From an uncultured Clostridium sp. (lineage in GTDB: Bacteria; Bacillota_I; Bacilli_A; RF39; UBA660), in the NCBI GenBank assembly GCA_964555985.1, contig CAZKUP010000001.1:12166-44383 (forward strand): a stretch of DNA of 32,218 bases, in the 5' to 3' direction. Within the stretch, counting starts at the first letter, position 1; each line of letters opens with the position of its first letter. Shown piece by piece: positions 1 to 9,201 of the stretch. The position numbers and the translations under genes were made by a program. A model generated the notes under the pieces. That model was not told the DNA's origin. It worked only from the letters and a program-made list of their open reading frames with translations, and searched no databases.

Positions 1-13
1 ATACTATAATTTA

Positions 14-400
14 ATGTATACTATTAGTGAACAAGAAATAATTAATTCACTAGGATTAGGAATATTATTTAGTGGTGATACTACATCTATATTATTAAGA
101 ATGATTAATTTACTCTTAATTATATTAATATGTTCAATTATATTCTATAATGATTTAGAAAATACTATTAAAAGTATAAGTACACGTATTACAATAAAAA
201 GGTTATTATTTTATACATTCTTAAGTTTAATAATTATTTCTATAATATTAAATACAATAATATTTATAAACATATATTTATTAATATATAAATATGTTTC
301 AATTAAATATTTATTTGGAATTTATTTAAAAGAAATAGTATTACATTTATTTATAGTATTAATAATGTATTTAATAAAAATGTTATCAACTAAACAATAA
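14..400 (+). CDS. Hypothetical multi-pass membrane protein, possibly 5'-truncated by the window edge
   Basis: 128-aa ORF rich in I/L/F with about 3 hydrophobic segments. The frame stays open upstream to position 2, so the true start may lie outside the window. No recognisable motif. Confidence 0.4.
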   Translation: MYTISEQEIINSLGLGILFSGDTTSILLRMINLLLIILICSIIFYNDLENTIKSISTRITIKRLLFYTFLSLIIISIILNTIIFINIYLLIYKYVSIKYLFGIYLKEIVLHLFIVLIMYLIKMLSTKQ

Positions 401-442
401 AGGTGTATGAACAAATGTTTGTATATTTTTTAATATAAATGA

Positions 443-471
443 TTGACAATATTAAAAAATAATATTATACT
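443..471 (+). promoter_or_regulatory. SigmaA-like promoter for the 490-5408 operon
   Basis: TTGACA (443-448), 17-nt spacer, TATACT (466-471). An AAGGAG RBS lies before the ATG at 490. Confidence 0.45.
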
Positions 472-489
472 GAAAGTAAGGAGAAAACT

Positions 490-1299
490 ATGAAAAAATA
501 TTTATTATTAATTTTAATACTATTATTATTAACGAGCTGCAAAACTAAAGAACTTAAAGAAGAATATCCAAAATTTGTATCTAAGTGTTATGAAACAAGT
601 ATTACACAAGAAGGGTGGTTTGAATTTTTTTGTATTGAAGCGTCAAAGAAAAATGCTGAAATTAAAGATACATTGAATAATTATGAATTAGGTAATAGCA
701 CTACATATACATTTGATGGATATAACTTAAAATATAAAACATTAGATGGTTATTATATACCAATATATGATGAAAATAATATAGAAATATCTAAAGTTGA
801 GCCAATGTATCCATCTTATTCTACTTCAAAAGAAAAAAGAAGTTATATAAAATTAATAAATAATTATTTTAATGAAAAAAAGTTTAAAAATAAAATAGAT
901 ATTTCTGATTTAAAAGATTTAAATATAGATGATTCTTTAAAAGAAAAACTAGTATTATATTTTAATAATGCATTAGATTCTGAACCTAGCAATTTAGGAG
1001 AATATACAGAAATACCAGTAGTTAATATTGTAGATTCACTTATAGAAAATAATTATTATTTTAGAGTAGGTTATTATATAGAATACGGCAATATTAAAAA
1101 AATAAATATTGAAATAATATATAAAGATAAATATCTTGAAAACATTAATGAATCACATCCACTATATTCACTATATAAAAATACTAAAGAAGTTGAAAAA
1201 TGGATAATAGATAATCAAAGTTTTGATATTTCTAAATATGAAAATTATAGTAGTGATTTAGAAATATTAAATGATACTTTAAAAGGAATTATATCATGA
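490..1299 (+). CDS. Lipoprotein of unknown function, first gene of the ABC operon
   Basis: N-terminus MKKYLLLILILLLLTSC has a lipobox (L-T-S-C). The stop overlaps the next start (ATGA at 1296-1299). Confidence 0.75.
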   Translation: MKKYLLLILILLLLTSCKTKELKEEYPKFVSKCYETSITQEGWFEFFCIEASKKNAEIKDTLNNYELGNSTTYTFDGYNLKYKTLDGYYIPIYDENNIEISKVEPMYPSYSTSKEKRSYIKLINNYFNEKKFKNKIDISDLKDLNIDDSLKEKLVLYFNNALDSEPSNLGEYTEIPVVNIVDSLIENNYYFRVGYYIEYGNIKKINIEIIYKDKYLENINESHPLYSLYKNTKEVEKWIIDNQSFDISKYENYSSDLEILNDTLKGIIS

Positions 1300-3179
1300 G
1301 TAATTATATATGTTTAAATAAAATATGTAAAAAATATAATAAAAATTTTGTTATAAACAATTTTTCTTATACGTTTAAGACAAATGGTCTTTATACAATA
1401 TTTGGAGAAAGTGGAAGTGGTAAAACAACTCTTTTAAATATTATTGCAGGATTAATTTCTTTTGATAGTGGAGAAATATTTTTTAATAATAATAAATATA
1501 AAAGTTTAAATTTTGGTAATATGTCAAATTATATTTCTTATTTAACACAAGATGTGTATTTAATTGAATATTTAAATATATATGATAATTTATTACTGTG
1601 TTCATCTGATATAGAGCTAATTAACAGTTTAATAAAAGAATTAGATTTGGAAAAAACATTAAAACAATATCCAAATGAATTATCAGGCGGAGAAAAACAA
1701 AGAATATCTTTAATACAAACTATTCTAAAAAACAAAAAAATAATAATACTAGATGAACCAACTAGTTCATTAGATGAAAAAAGTAAAAATAAAGTTTATA
1801 AATTATTAAATAAATTAAAGAAAGATCACTTAATTATATGCTCGTCTCATGATAAAGATATAAAAAAATATTCTGATGAAATAATATATTTAAATGAAAA
1901 TAAATTTGAAAAAACTAGTAATACTACTATAGAATGTACAAAAGAAAATAATAAATTACAATATAATTTATATGATTTTGTAAAAAAACAAAATAAATAT
2001 TATAAAAATAAGATAAATATTCTTTTATCTATAACTCTTATATTATGTTTTTTAATTATATATTTTTCATCTAATACAGAAGATAAATTACTAACTTCTC
2101 TTCAAAAAAGATATAATATGAATTATTTAACAGTATATTGTCCAATAAATAGTGATGAATGTAATCGCTTATTTGAAAGCAAAGAAATAACCGAGTATTC
2201 TTTTATTTACCATTTAAATATTCCACTTGAAAGAAGTAAAACCGAAGGATCTGTTGGAAATTCTTTAGAATCTAATATATATACACTTCCTTTAAATATA
2301 AATAATTTTAAATTAGCAAGTAATATAAAATACGGTAGATATATTAAATCAAAAAATGAAATTATTCTAGGGATTGATAAAGCATTATCAATTAATAAAA
2401 ATATTGAATTATTATTAAATAAAAGAATTACTATTAATACAGTTGATGGAGAAAATGATTTTATTATAGTAGGCATATTTGATTATTTTGATAATAACGA
2501 ATATTTTAAAATAGGACAAGTAAATGATCCAAATAATTACTATTTTATAAGTAATGAATTTACTAAACAATATATTTATGATGATATACTTGGATATAAT
2601 GAAGTAGATGTAAGAAAAAGTGTTTATTATGTTTATTTTGATAATTTTAATACACTTTATAAATATTATAATAAGTATGTAAATAATGATATATATAGTA
2701 ATAATATTTATATAGATGCAATCCCATCTTATTTTATAGAAATATCAAATCAAATAAGTATTTTTAAAATAATATTAATACCTATATTTATAATATCAAT
2801 AATAGTAAGCATAATTTATTATTTTCAAACTATGAAAATAGATATAAAATATAAGAAACATAACTATGCAACATATTTATATTATGGTTATAATTTAAAA
2901 GATATAAAAAAATCAACAACTAAAAATAATATTATTAATTTATTAAAAATATTTATATTTTCATTTATAATTTCTTTAATATTATCTTTTATAATAAATA
3001 ATATTAATAATTATTTTAACATAGTATCATATCAAATATTTAATATAAATATTATAGCTGTATGTACATTTTTAATATTATTATTAATATGTTCAATAAT
3101 ATTATCAATATTACTTTCTAAAAATATTAAAATAAATGGTTGGTATAATATAGAGAAAGATAATGGCGATTTATTATGA
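1296..3179 (+). CDS. Fused ABC transporter ATP-binding/permease protein, MacB/FtsX-type
   Basis: Walker A GESGSGKTT, signature LSGGEKQR, Walker B IIILDEPTSSLD, H-loop SSHD. These are followed by TM1, a large extracytoplasmic region and a C-terminal cluster of 3 TM helices (FtsX-like topology). Confidence 0.85.
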   Translation: MSNYICLNKICKKYNKNFVINNFSYTFKTNGLYTIFGESGSGKTTLLNIIAGLISFDSGEIFFNNNKYKSLNFGNMSNYISYLTQDVYLIEYLNIYDNLLLCSSDIELINSLIKELDLEKTLKQYPNELSGGEKQRISLIQTILKNKKIIILDEPTSSLDEKSKNKVYKLLNKLKKDHLIICSSHDKDIKKYSDEIIYLNENKFEKTSNTTIECTKENNKLQYNLYDFVKKQNKYYKNKINILLSITLILCFLIIYFSSNTEDKLLTSLQKRYNMNYLTVYCPINSDECNRLFESKEITEYSFIYHLNIPLERSKTEGSVGNSLESNIYTLPLNINNFKLASNIKYGRYIKSKNEIILGIDKALSINKNIELLLNKRITINTVDGENDFIIVGIFDYFDNNEYFKIGQVNDPNNYYFISNEFTKQYIYDDILGYNEVDVRKSVYYVYFDNFNTLYKYYNKYVNNDIYSNNIYIDAIPSYFIEISNQISIFKIILIPIFIISIIVSIIYYFQTMKIDIKYKKHNYATYLYYGYNLKDIKKSTTKNNIINLLKIFIFSFIISLILSFIINNINNYFNIVSYQIFNINIIAVCTFLILLLICSIILSILLSKNIKINGWYNIEKDNGDLL

Positions 3180-4909
3180 TAAAATTAACTAATATTACAA
3201 AAGAATTTAATGATAATATAATACTTAACAATATTAATATAAGTTTATTTGAGAATAAAATATATTTATTGAAAGGAATTAGTGGTAGTGGTAAAACAAC
3301 ACTTTTAAATATTATTGGTTTATTGGATAGAGAATATAGTGGAGATTATTATTTTAATGAAGAAAATATTACTAGTTTAAATAATAAAGAGTTAAATAAA
3401 ATTAGAAATAATATTGGATATATATTTCAAAAAAGTTTACTTATAAAAAGTCTTAATATAAAAGATAATCTATTATTTATAAATAATGACTACGAATATA
3501 TTCTTAAATTATCAAAAGAATTTAATATAGAACATTTATTAAATAAATATCCAAAAGAACTTTCTGGTGGTGAAAGACAGAGAGTAGCGTTAGTAAGAAC
3601 ACTATTAATGGATACAGATATTATTCTATTAGATGAACCAACTAGTTCACTAGATATTAGTAATGCATTAGTTTTAGTAGAATATATTGAAAAATTAAAA
3701 GAAAAAAATAAGATAATTATAATATCTACTCATTCAAATATATTTGATAATATTGTAGATGAAATATTATATATAAAAGATGGAAGTATTAATCAAAAAG
3801 AAAATAATAACAAATATTTAAGTAATAAAAAAATAGTAAGTAAAAGAAATAATAATATAAAAATGAATATTAAATATGCATTATCTAAACAAAACATATT
3901 TAACAAATTATTAACTATATCACTTACTTCAATTGTATTTCTAATAATATTATTACTTATTTCTTTAAAATTAAATTTTAAAAGTGCATATACACAATAT
4001 TTATCCAAACAATACCCAATAAATACTTATGAAATATCTTTAGATAAATTAATGTTTATTGATAATAATGAAATACAAATATATTATAATTATTCAAATA
4101 AAATAGAAGAGGTTTATTATTTACCATTACTTAATAAAGAAGATTCAATATTTTCTAATAATAAATATTTAGATAGTGGATATTTTCCAAATAATGATAA
4201 TGAAGTTTTAGTAAATAATTTATATTTACAAAATAATGATAATGCTGATTACATAGTAATAAATAATATAAAATATAAAATAGTTGGAGTAATATCTTCT
4301 GATAATAAAATAATTAATGATATATATGAATCATGTCCATATTATATAAATGAATCTATACCACAAGTATTTATTCCATATAATAAAATAAAAAATATTT
4401 ATAATAAAATAGATAGTGATAATATAATGATTTCTACTACTAATAAAGAAGTAAAAGATATATTAAATAATTTAGGATTTTATAATAATTTTGATGATAA
4501 TATAAATAATGTAAATTATACAGTTAATCTATTTACCAATATTTTATTTATTGCAATAATATTTTTATTTGTTATTTTAATTTTTTTTATAACAAACAAT
4601 ATATTATTACACTTATATTATAGAAAAAAAGAAATAGGTTATTTACAAATATTTAATGTATCAAAAAAAAGAATAAAACATATTATTCTACTTGAATATT
4701 CTTTAAAATATATATTATCAATTATAATTTCAATAATGTTATATTTTATTACAATATTATTTATAAGACAAATATTTGGTGTTGATGTAGTACTAAATAT
4801 TGTGGAGTTTCTTTTATCAATTATATTATTTCTTATATATATTTATATTGTTATATCTATACCATTAAGTAAATATTTAAAGAAAGAAATAACTCTATTA
4901 ATAAAGTAG
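3176..4909 (+). CDS. Fused ABC transporter ATP-binding/permease protein, MacB/FtsX-type, tandem paralogue
   Basis: Walker A GISGSGKTT, signature LSGGERQR, Walker B IILLDEPTSSLD, H-loop STHS. C-terminal FtsX-like segment RKKEIGYLQIFNVSKKRIKHII plus TM helices. ATGA overlap with the upstream gene. Confidence 0.85.
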   Translation: MIKLTNITKEFNDNIILNNINISLFENKIYLLKGISGSGKTTLLNIIGLLDREYSGDYYFNEENITSLNNKELNKIRNNIGYIFQKSLLIKSLNIKDNLLFINNDYEYILKLSKEFNIEHLLNKYPKELSGGERQRVALVRTLLMDTDIILLDEPTSSLDISNALVLVEYIEKLKEKNKIIIISTHSNIFDNIVDEILYIKDGSINQKENNNKYLSNKKIVSKRNNNIKMNIKYALSKQNIFNKLLTISLTSIVFLIILLLISLKLNFKSAYTQYLSKQYPINTYEISLDKLMFIDNNEIQIYYNYSNKIEEVYYLPLLNKEDSIFSNNKYLDSGYFPNNDNEVLVNNLYLQNNDNADYIVINNIKYKIVGVISSDNKIINDIYESCPYYINESIPQVFIPYNKIKNIYNKIDSDNIMISTTNKEVKDILNNLGFYNNFDDNINNVNYTVNLFTNILFIAIIFLFVILIFFITNNILLHLYYRKKEIGYLQIFNVSKKRIKHIILLEYSLKYILSIIISIMLYFITILFIRQIFGVDVVLNIVEFLLSIILFLIYIYIVISIPLSKYLKKEITLLIK

Positions 4910-4925
4910 AGAGGAGGTGAATGTC

Positions 4926-5408
4926 GTGAAAAAAGGAATAAAATTTATAGTATGTTTGGCTTTGGTTTTAACTGTTACAAATGTCAGTGCAACATGTACA
5001 TCATTAATTAGTGGCCCAAAATTAACTCCTGGTGTAACAAACTATGGAACAAGTTATTCACTTGCAAGTGATTATGCGACAGCAAAAGGTAGCAATGCTA
5101 AGACTTTCTTTTATAATTTAGGAGCATTAACTACCAATTATGCTTCATGGACGGGGAGAGTTATAACTTATAAGTTGATGGATGTAGACGTACTAAATGC
5201 AGATGATTTGATAAAAACATATACAGGCTCATTTATTGGCAGAACACTTGATTCAATTACTCTTACTACAACACACATAAGTGGATATATTGAGTCTGAA
5301 GGTGATCATATAAGTGAATTATATCTAACAGCATATATGACAAAACATGCAGATGATCCTGCCGCAGCAGCTAATTCTACTTATGATTATCAATTATGTC
5401 AAGACTAA
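4926..5408 (+). CDS. Small secreted protein of unknown function, Cys near both mature termini
   Basis: GGAGG (4912-4916) lies 9 nt before GTG 4926; the ORF-track start at 4917 sits inside the RBS. Signal peptide VKKGIKFIVCLALVLTVTNVSA|TCTS. The mature form is about 138 aa, T/S/G/A/Y-rich, and ends ...YQLCQD. Confidence 0.7.
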   Translation: MKKGIKFIVCLALVLTVTNVSATCTSLISGPKLTPGVTNYGTSYSLASDYATAKGSNAKTFFYNLGALTTNYASWTGRVITYKLMDVDVLNADDLIKTYTGSFIGRTLDSITLTTTHISGYIESEGDHISELYLTAYMTKHADDPAAAANSTYDYQLCQD

Positions 5409-5424
5409 AATCTACAAATTTTAT

Positions 5425-5460
5425 GAAAACACTTATGCTTATTGCACGTGTTTTCTTTTG
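5425..5460 (+). terminator. Rho-independent terminator of the 490-5408 operon
   Basis: GAAAACAC (5425-5432) pairs with GTGTTTTC (5448-5455), followed by TTTT. Confidence 0.6.
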
Positions 5461-5615
5461 TTTATTATTAGTGACCATTTATACGATAACAGTTAATGCG
5501 GATTTGATTTACATTTATATATTTATAATGTAAAATCTATATTAGAGAGAAAAAGATAGTGTGAGAATAAAATCAAAATGTGTGTTTTGAACGAAGTGAA
5601 AGGATTGGTGTTACT

Positions 5616-6386
5616 ATGAATAATAAAAATAATTTTAAGTTTAATAACTTTTATTATATAAGTATGGTTTGTTTAATATTATTTATTATATTATTTATCA
5701 TTTACATTTATTTGTTTAACAAAGTAGATATTCAGGATATTAATATAATTCAAAATAATAACAATACTATATCAAAAGTATATGAATCAAATGATTATAA
5801 TATATTTTATTATGGCATAAAATCATTAGATATTTATTCAGAGAATAAGAAATATGATTTTATTACTCTTTTAAAAAGTAAAAAGATAGATATTACTTCA
5901 CTTAATGATTATTTAAACTTAATAAATAATAATAAAATATATTTATATGATGGAGGGACTGTTATATATAATAGTGATGAATATGAAATAATTTTTTGCA
6001 ATACATTAGAAGGAAATAAAGATATTTATATAGGAATTAATGGTATGCGCGAAAATATAGACTATTGTGGTCAGTCTGCAAGTGATTTATGCTCTTTTTC
6101 AAGAACATATTATGTTGTAGATATTAATGAATCGGATGATGAAGAATTTTTTAATGTAAAATTATATGATGATAAGAATTATTTTAATGCTAAAATAAAT
6201 AAAACAGTAGATTTAAAAATAAATGAATATTATGTTTTTAGATTTGGAACACTTTTTGAATTTGTTGATACTAATGAAAATATTTTTAATTATTCATATA
6301 TTGTTGATGTCAATAAATTAAATGGTAAAAAAGTAAACGAACCAATACGTGTTAATAAAGATGGGATGTGTTTAATGAATGATTAA
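5616..6386 (+). CDS. N-terminally membrane-anchored protein of unknown function
   Basis: Likely start is ATG 5616 (MNNKNNFKF...), preceded by GGTG; the ORF-track start is 5580. There is a single N-terminal TM (ISMVCLILFIILFIIYIYLF) and then a soluble domain with 4 Cys. Confidence 0.55.
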   Translation: MNNKNNFKFNNFYYISMVCLILFIILFIIYIYLFNKVDIQDINIIQNNNNTISKVYESNDYNIFYYGIKSLDIYSENKKYDFITLLKSKKIDITSLNDYLNLINNNKIYLYDGGTVIYNSDEYEIIFCNTLEGNKDIYIGINGMRENIDYCGQSASDLCSFSRTYYVVDINESDDEEFFNVKLYDDKNYFNAKINKTVDLKINEYYVFRFGTLFEFVDTNENIFNYSYIVDVNKLNGKKVNEPIRVNKDGMCLMND

Positions 6387-6413
6387 AAAATTATTAAAGG
6401 AAGTGCTATAAGA

Positions 6414-7001
6414 ATGAAAATGATATTAACATCTACTGATTTTCTTACTAAAAATTCAAGAAATAGAATATTAAAAGAATTAAAAGATGTATCAAAGTGT
6501 AAGATATTATTTATACCAAATGAGAATTCTACTACTAAAGATATTTATAGTAATAAGTATTATGATAGATTAGAAAATTACGGTTTTACAAAAGAAAATA
6601 TATTTATATTTGACAAAAATAAATCCGATGAATTTAAGAACTTAAATATAGATGCAATATATATTGGTGGTGGTAATACTTTTTCTATGTTAAAAATATT
6701 AAAAGATACAAACTTTGATAAAGAAATAATAAAATATATAAAAAATGGAGTAATATATATTGGTGGTAGTGCTGGAGTGCATTTAATAACAAAATCTATA
6801 GAGCATGTATCATATTTTGATGAGAATAAAGTTAATTTAAAAGATTTATCTGGTCTTGGCTTGTTTGATGGTATTATAATATGTCATTACACTAAAGAAA
6901 GAGAATTTATATATAAAATGTATAATAATAAATATAATAAGGTACTTAAATTAAAAGATGATGAGTATATAATTATAGAAAAAAAACATTGCTATCATTA
7001 G
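6414..7001 (+). CDS. Peptidase S51 family protein (dipeptidase E-like)
   Basis: Motifs IYIGGGNTF and IGGSAG (nucleophile Ser context), at about 195 aa, are typical of PepE/S51-type peptidases. Confidence 0.65.
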   Translation: MKMILTSTDFLTKNSRNRILKELKDVSKCKILFIPNENSTTKDIYSNKYYDRLENYGFTKENIFIFDKNKSDEFKNLNIDAIYIGGGNTFSMLKILKDTNFDKEIIKYIKNGVIYIGGSAGVHLITKSIEHVSYFDENKVNLKDLSGLGLFDGIIICHYTKEREFIYKMYNNKYNKVLKLKDDEYIIIEKKHCYH

Positions 7002-8062
7002 TAATGTTTCTTTTTATATAAGTATATTATTATAAATAAAATAATAAATGATAAAAGTATATAGAATAATAAATTATTTATTATAAATCTAAGTATTATT
7101 ATATTCTTATATCCGTAACAGGATATATAAATTATTATAGAAAGAATAAGAATATAAATTATAGAAAGATTTCTATTTTTAAGTTTTAATTCATTAATTA
7201 AGTAATATTTTACTATATACATGTATATTAGTATTGTATAGAAATAGTCTATTACAAAGAATAATGATAATATGTTTTCTGCATTAGATAGAAAGCTATA
7301 TTTTATTTTTTTTAGAATAAAATATACTGGGTAGTTAAAAAGAGAGGTATATGCATAGTTAAATACTGTTGTAACAAAAATAAGTATTATAAATATTGAA
7401 ATGGATGAAATAATATATCCAATTAATAAATATTTGTTATATATTTTATATGAGTCATTATTTTTTGGAATAATAGATAGAAGTATTATAGGGGAAATAG
7501 AGTATGTAATAAAGTGGAGTGATGAAGAAATTACATTTGTAAATTCATTAGTAAGAATTGGTTTTAAATTAGTTAAATCAACGTATTTTATCAGTGCAAC
7601 TGAATTTAAAAAGAATAAAATAATACTTATGTAAAACATAAATAATGCACTTCTTCCAATTGTTTCTATTCCTTTATTTACAATATATATTGCAGGTAAT
7701 ATATATAAAAGTGCAATAGCAATATTTGGTGTTTCAAATAGGTATTTAAGGGATGAAAAATTTATAAAGTCATTTAATATTATTGTAAATGAGAATACTA
7801 GAAATAGCATTATTATTAGTTTTAATATTTTTGATTTAATTAGTTCAAATAAATTTTTATTTAATTTATTAAGTTTCATTAGTATAAATATAAAACCTAG
7901 TCCTAGTATAAAACCTATTATAATAGAAATATAAGTATCTATTTTACTAATTTCTAGCATATTTTGAATACCAATACCATTATAAAAACTTCTTGATGCA
8001 AATATAACTAATATCATATATTCTAATGGATTTATTTTATTATTACTATATTCTTTTATCAA
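6998..8062 (-). CDS. Spore germination protein, Ger(x)B-type integral membrane permease subunit
   Basis: 354-aa polytopic protein with about 10 TM. It is the last gene of an A-C-B germinant-receptor operon and shares a 4-nt overlap with the C-subunit gene. Confidence 0.75.
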   Translation of the reverse strand: MIKEYSNNKINPLEYMILVIFASRSFYNGIGIQNMLEISKIDTYISIIIGFILGLGFIFILMKLNKLNKNLFELIKSKILKLIIMLFLVFSFTIILNDFINFSSLKYLFETPNIAIALLYILPAIYIVNKGIETIGRSALFMFYISIILFFLNSVALIKYVDLTNLKPILTNEFTNVISSSLHFITYSISPIILLSIIPKNNDSYKIYNKYLLIGYIISSISIFIILIFVTTVFNYAYTSLFNYPVYFILKKIKYSFLSNAENILSLFFVIDYFYTILIYMYIVKYYLINELKLKNRNLSIIYILILSIIIYISCYGYKNIIILRFIINNLLFYILLSFIILFIIIYLYKKKHY

Positions 8063-9201
8063 TATTTTTCATCTCCTTTTTTTAAAGAGGTTTTTTGAGT
8101 AAAACTAAATGTAACATCATATTCACTATTTATATTTTTAATTAAATTAGGAATAAAATCTTTATTTTTTTTATAATAATTATAATTGTTTTGATATAAA
8201 TATTTACCTATACCTATAAAATCACTATTATTTTTTTTTAGAGCATAAATTGTTTCATTAAGTACTTCTTTAATTCTATTTTCAGTTTTTCTTTCTAATT
8301 CTTTAATTATTTTTTCATTTTTAGTATTCATATTACAATTAAGTTCTGATAATGTTCCTGTTATTTTTAATTTTATTTTAATTTTATTTTCTTTATAATC
8401 ATATGTATATTTTGAAGAAGATGTAAGTAATTCTATACTTGCATAGTTATTATTATCACATTTAAAAGATATTACTGAAGATGAGGTATTATTATTTATT
8501 AAATTAAGTCCAAGTGATGCATCTGAATTTAAGTATCCAATTAATTTATCTTTATTAAATATTGCAGTATTTTTAGATAAAACCAATCTATTTTCTGGGT
8601 TAATGTCTTCATTTTTAGAATCCATTTTCTTAATATAAAGAGTAGGTAAAACAGGGTCTATTCCTTCTATTAGGGTATTAGATACAAATTCATCAAAACT
8701 TACATCTATTACATTACCTTTAAGTTCTTTAGATATTTTAATGCTTGATGATATATTTAAAGAGGGAATAGATACGAGTGGAGTAAGTACATTCATAACT
8801 TCATTTATTGGATCAGTTGTTATAATTAAATTAAAATCTTTTTCCATTTCAGCATCTCTTAATATAAAATCTATAAAATCGTTTATTCCGACTTTTGCAA
8901 TATTTTCTCCAATAATTATTGTATCTACATGTCCAATATATAATTTCTTAGGTGACTCTAATGTAATATTTCTAAATGCTTCGTGTAATGTTTTTCCTGT
9001 ACTATCATATAAAATAACACTTGGGGAGGATTTGTTGTCACTATTTTTTTGTGTAGAATCTAATACTTGTACAATTATTTTAAATTGATCTAGTTCTTTA
9101 TCAATTGATACATTAGATACCATTGCCATATCAGATAATTCTCTATAATCTCTGCAACCAGTTAATAAAAAGATAGTTATTATTAATAATATTTTTTTCA
9201 T
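8059..9201 (-). CDS. Spore germination protein, Ger(x)C-type lipoprotein subunit
   Basis: Lipobox LLTGC at the N-terminus, 380 aa, positioned between the A and B subunit genes with overlapping stop/start codons. Confidence 0.8.
   Translation of the reverse strand: MKKILLIITIFLLTGCRDYRELSDMAMVSNVSIDKELDQFKIIVQVLDSTQKNSDNKSSPSVILYDSTGKTLHEAFRNITLESPKKLYIGHVDTIIIGENIAKVGINDFIDFILRDAEMEKDFNLIITTDPINEVMNVLTPLVSIPSLNISSSIKISKELKGNVIDVSFDEFVSNTLIEGIDPVLPTLYIKKMDSKNEDINPENRLVLSKNTAIFNKDKLIGYLNSDASLGLNLINNNTSSSVISFKCDNNNYASIELLTSSSKYTYDYKENKIKIKLKITGTLSELNCNMNTKNEKIIKELERKTENRIKEVLNETIYALKKNNSDFIGIGKYLYQNNYNYYKKNKDFIPNLIKNINSEYDVTFSFTQKTSLKKGDEKY

Noticed and set aside
1538-4008. Minus-strand ORFs 1538-1735, 2207-2476 and 3793-4008, lying inside the two fused ABC genes.
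   Set aside because: They are fully antisense to ORFs with clear ABC motifs. They have no RBS and low-complexity I/L/F/K/N translations, as expected by chance in AT-rich DNA.
5506-5537. Imperfect palindrome GATTTACATT...AATGTAAAATC upstream of the 5616 gene. It contains TTTACA and TATAAT.
   Set aside because: The spacing of the two hexamers, about 10 nt, is wrong for a promoter. One arm needs a bulge. Short A/T palindromes of this kind are frequent in DNA this AT-rich.
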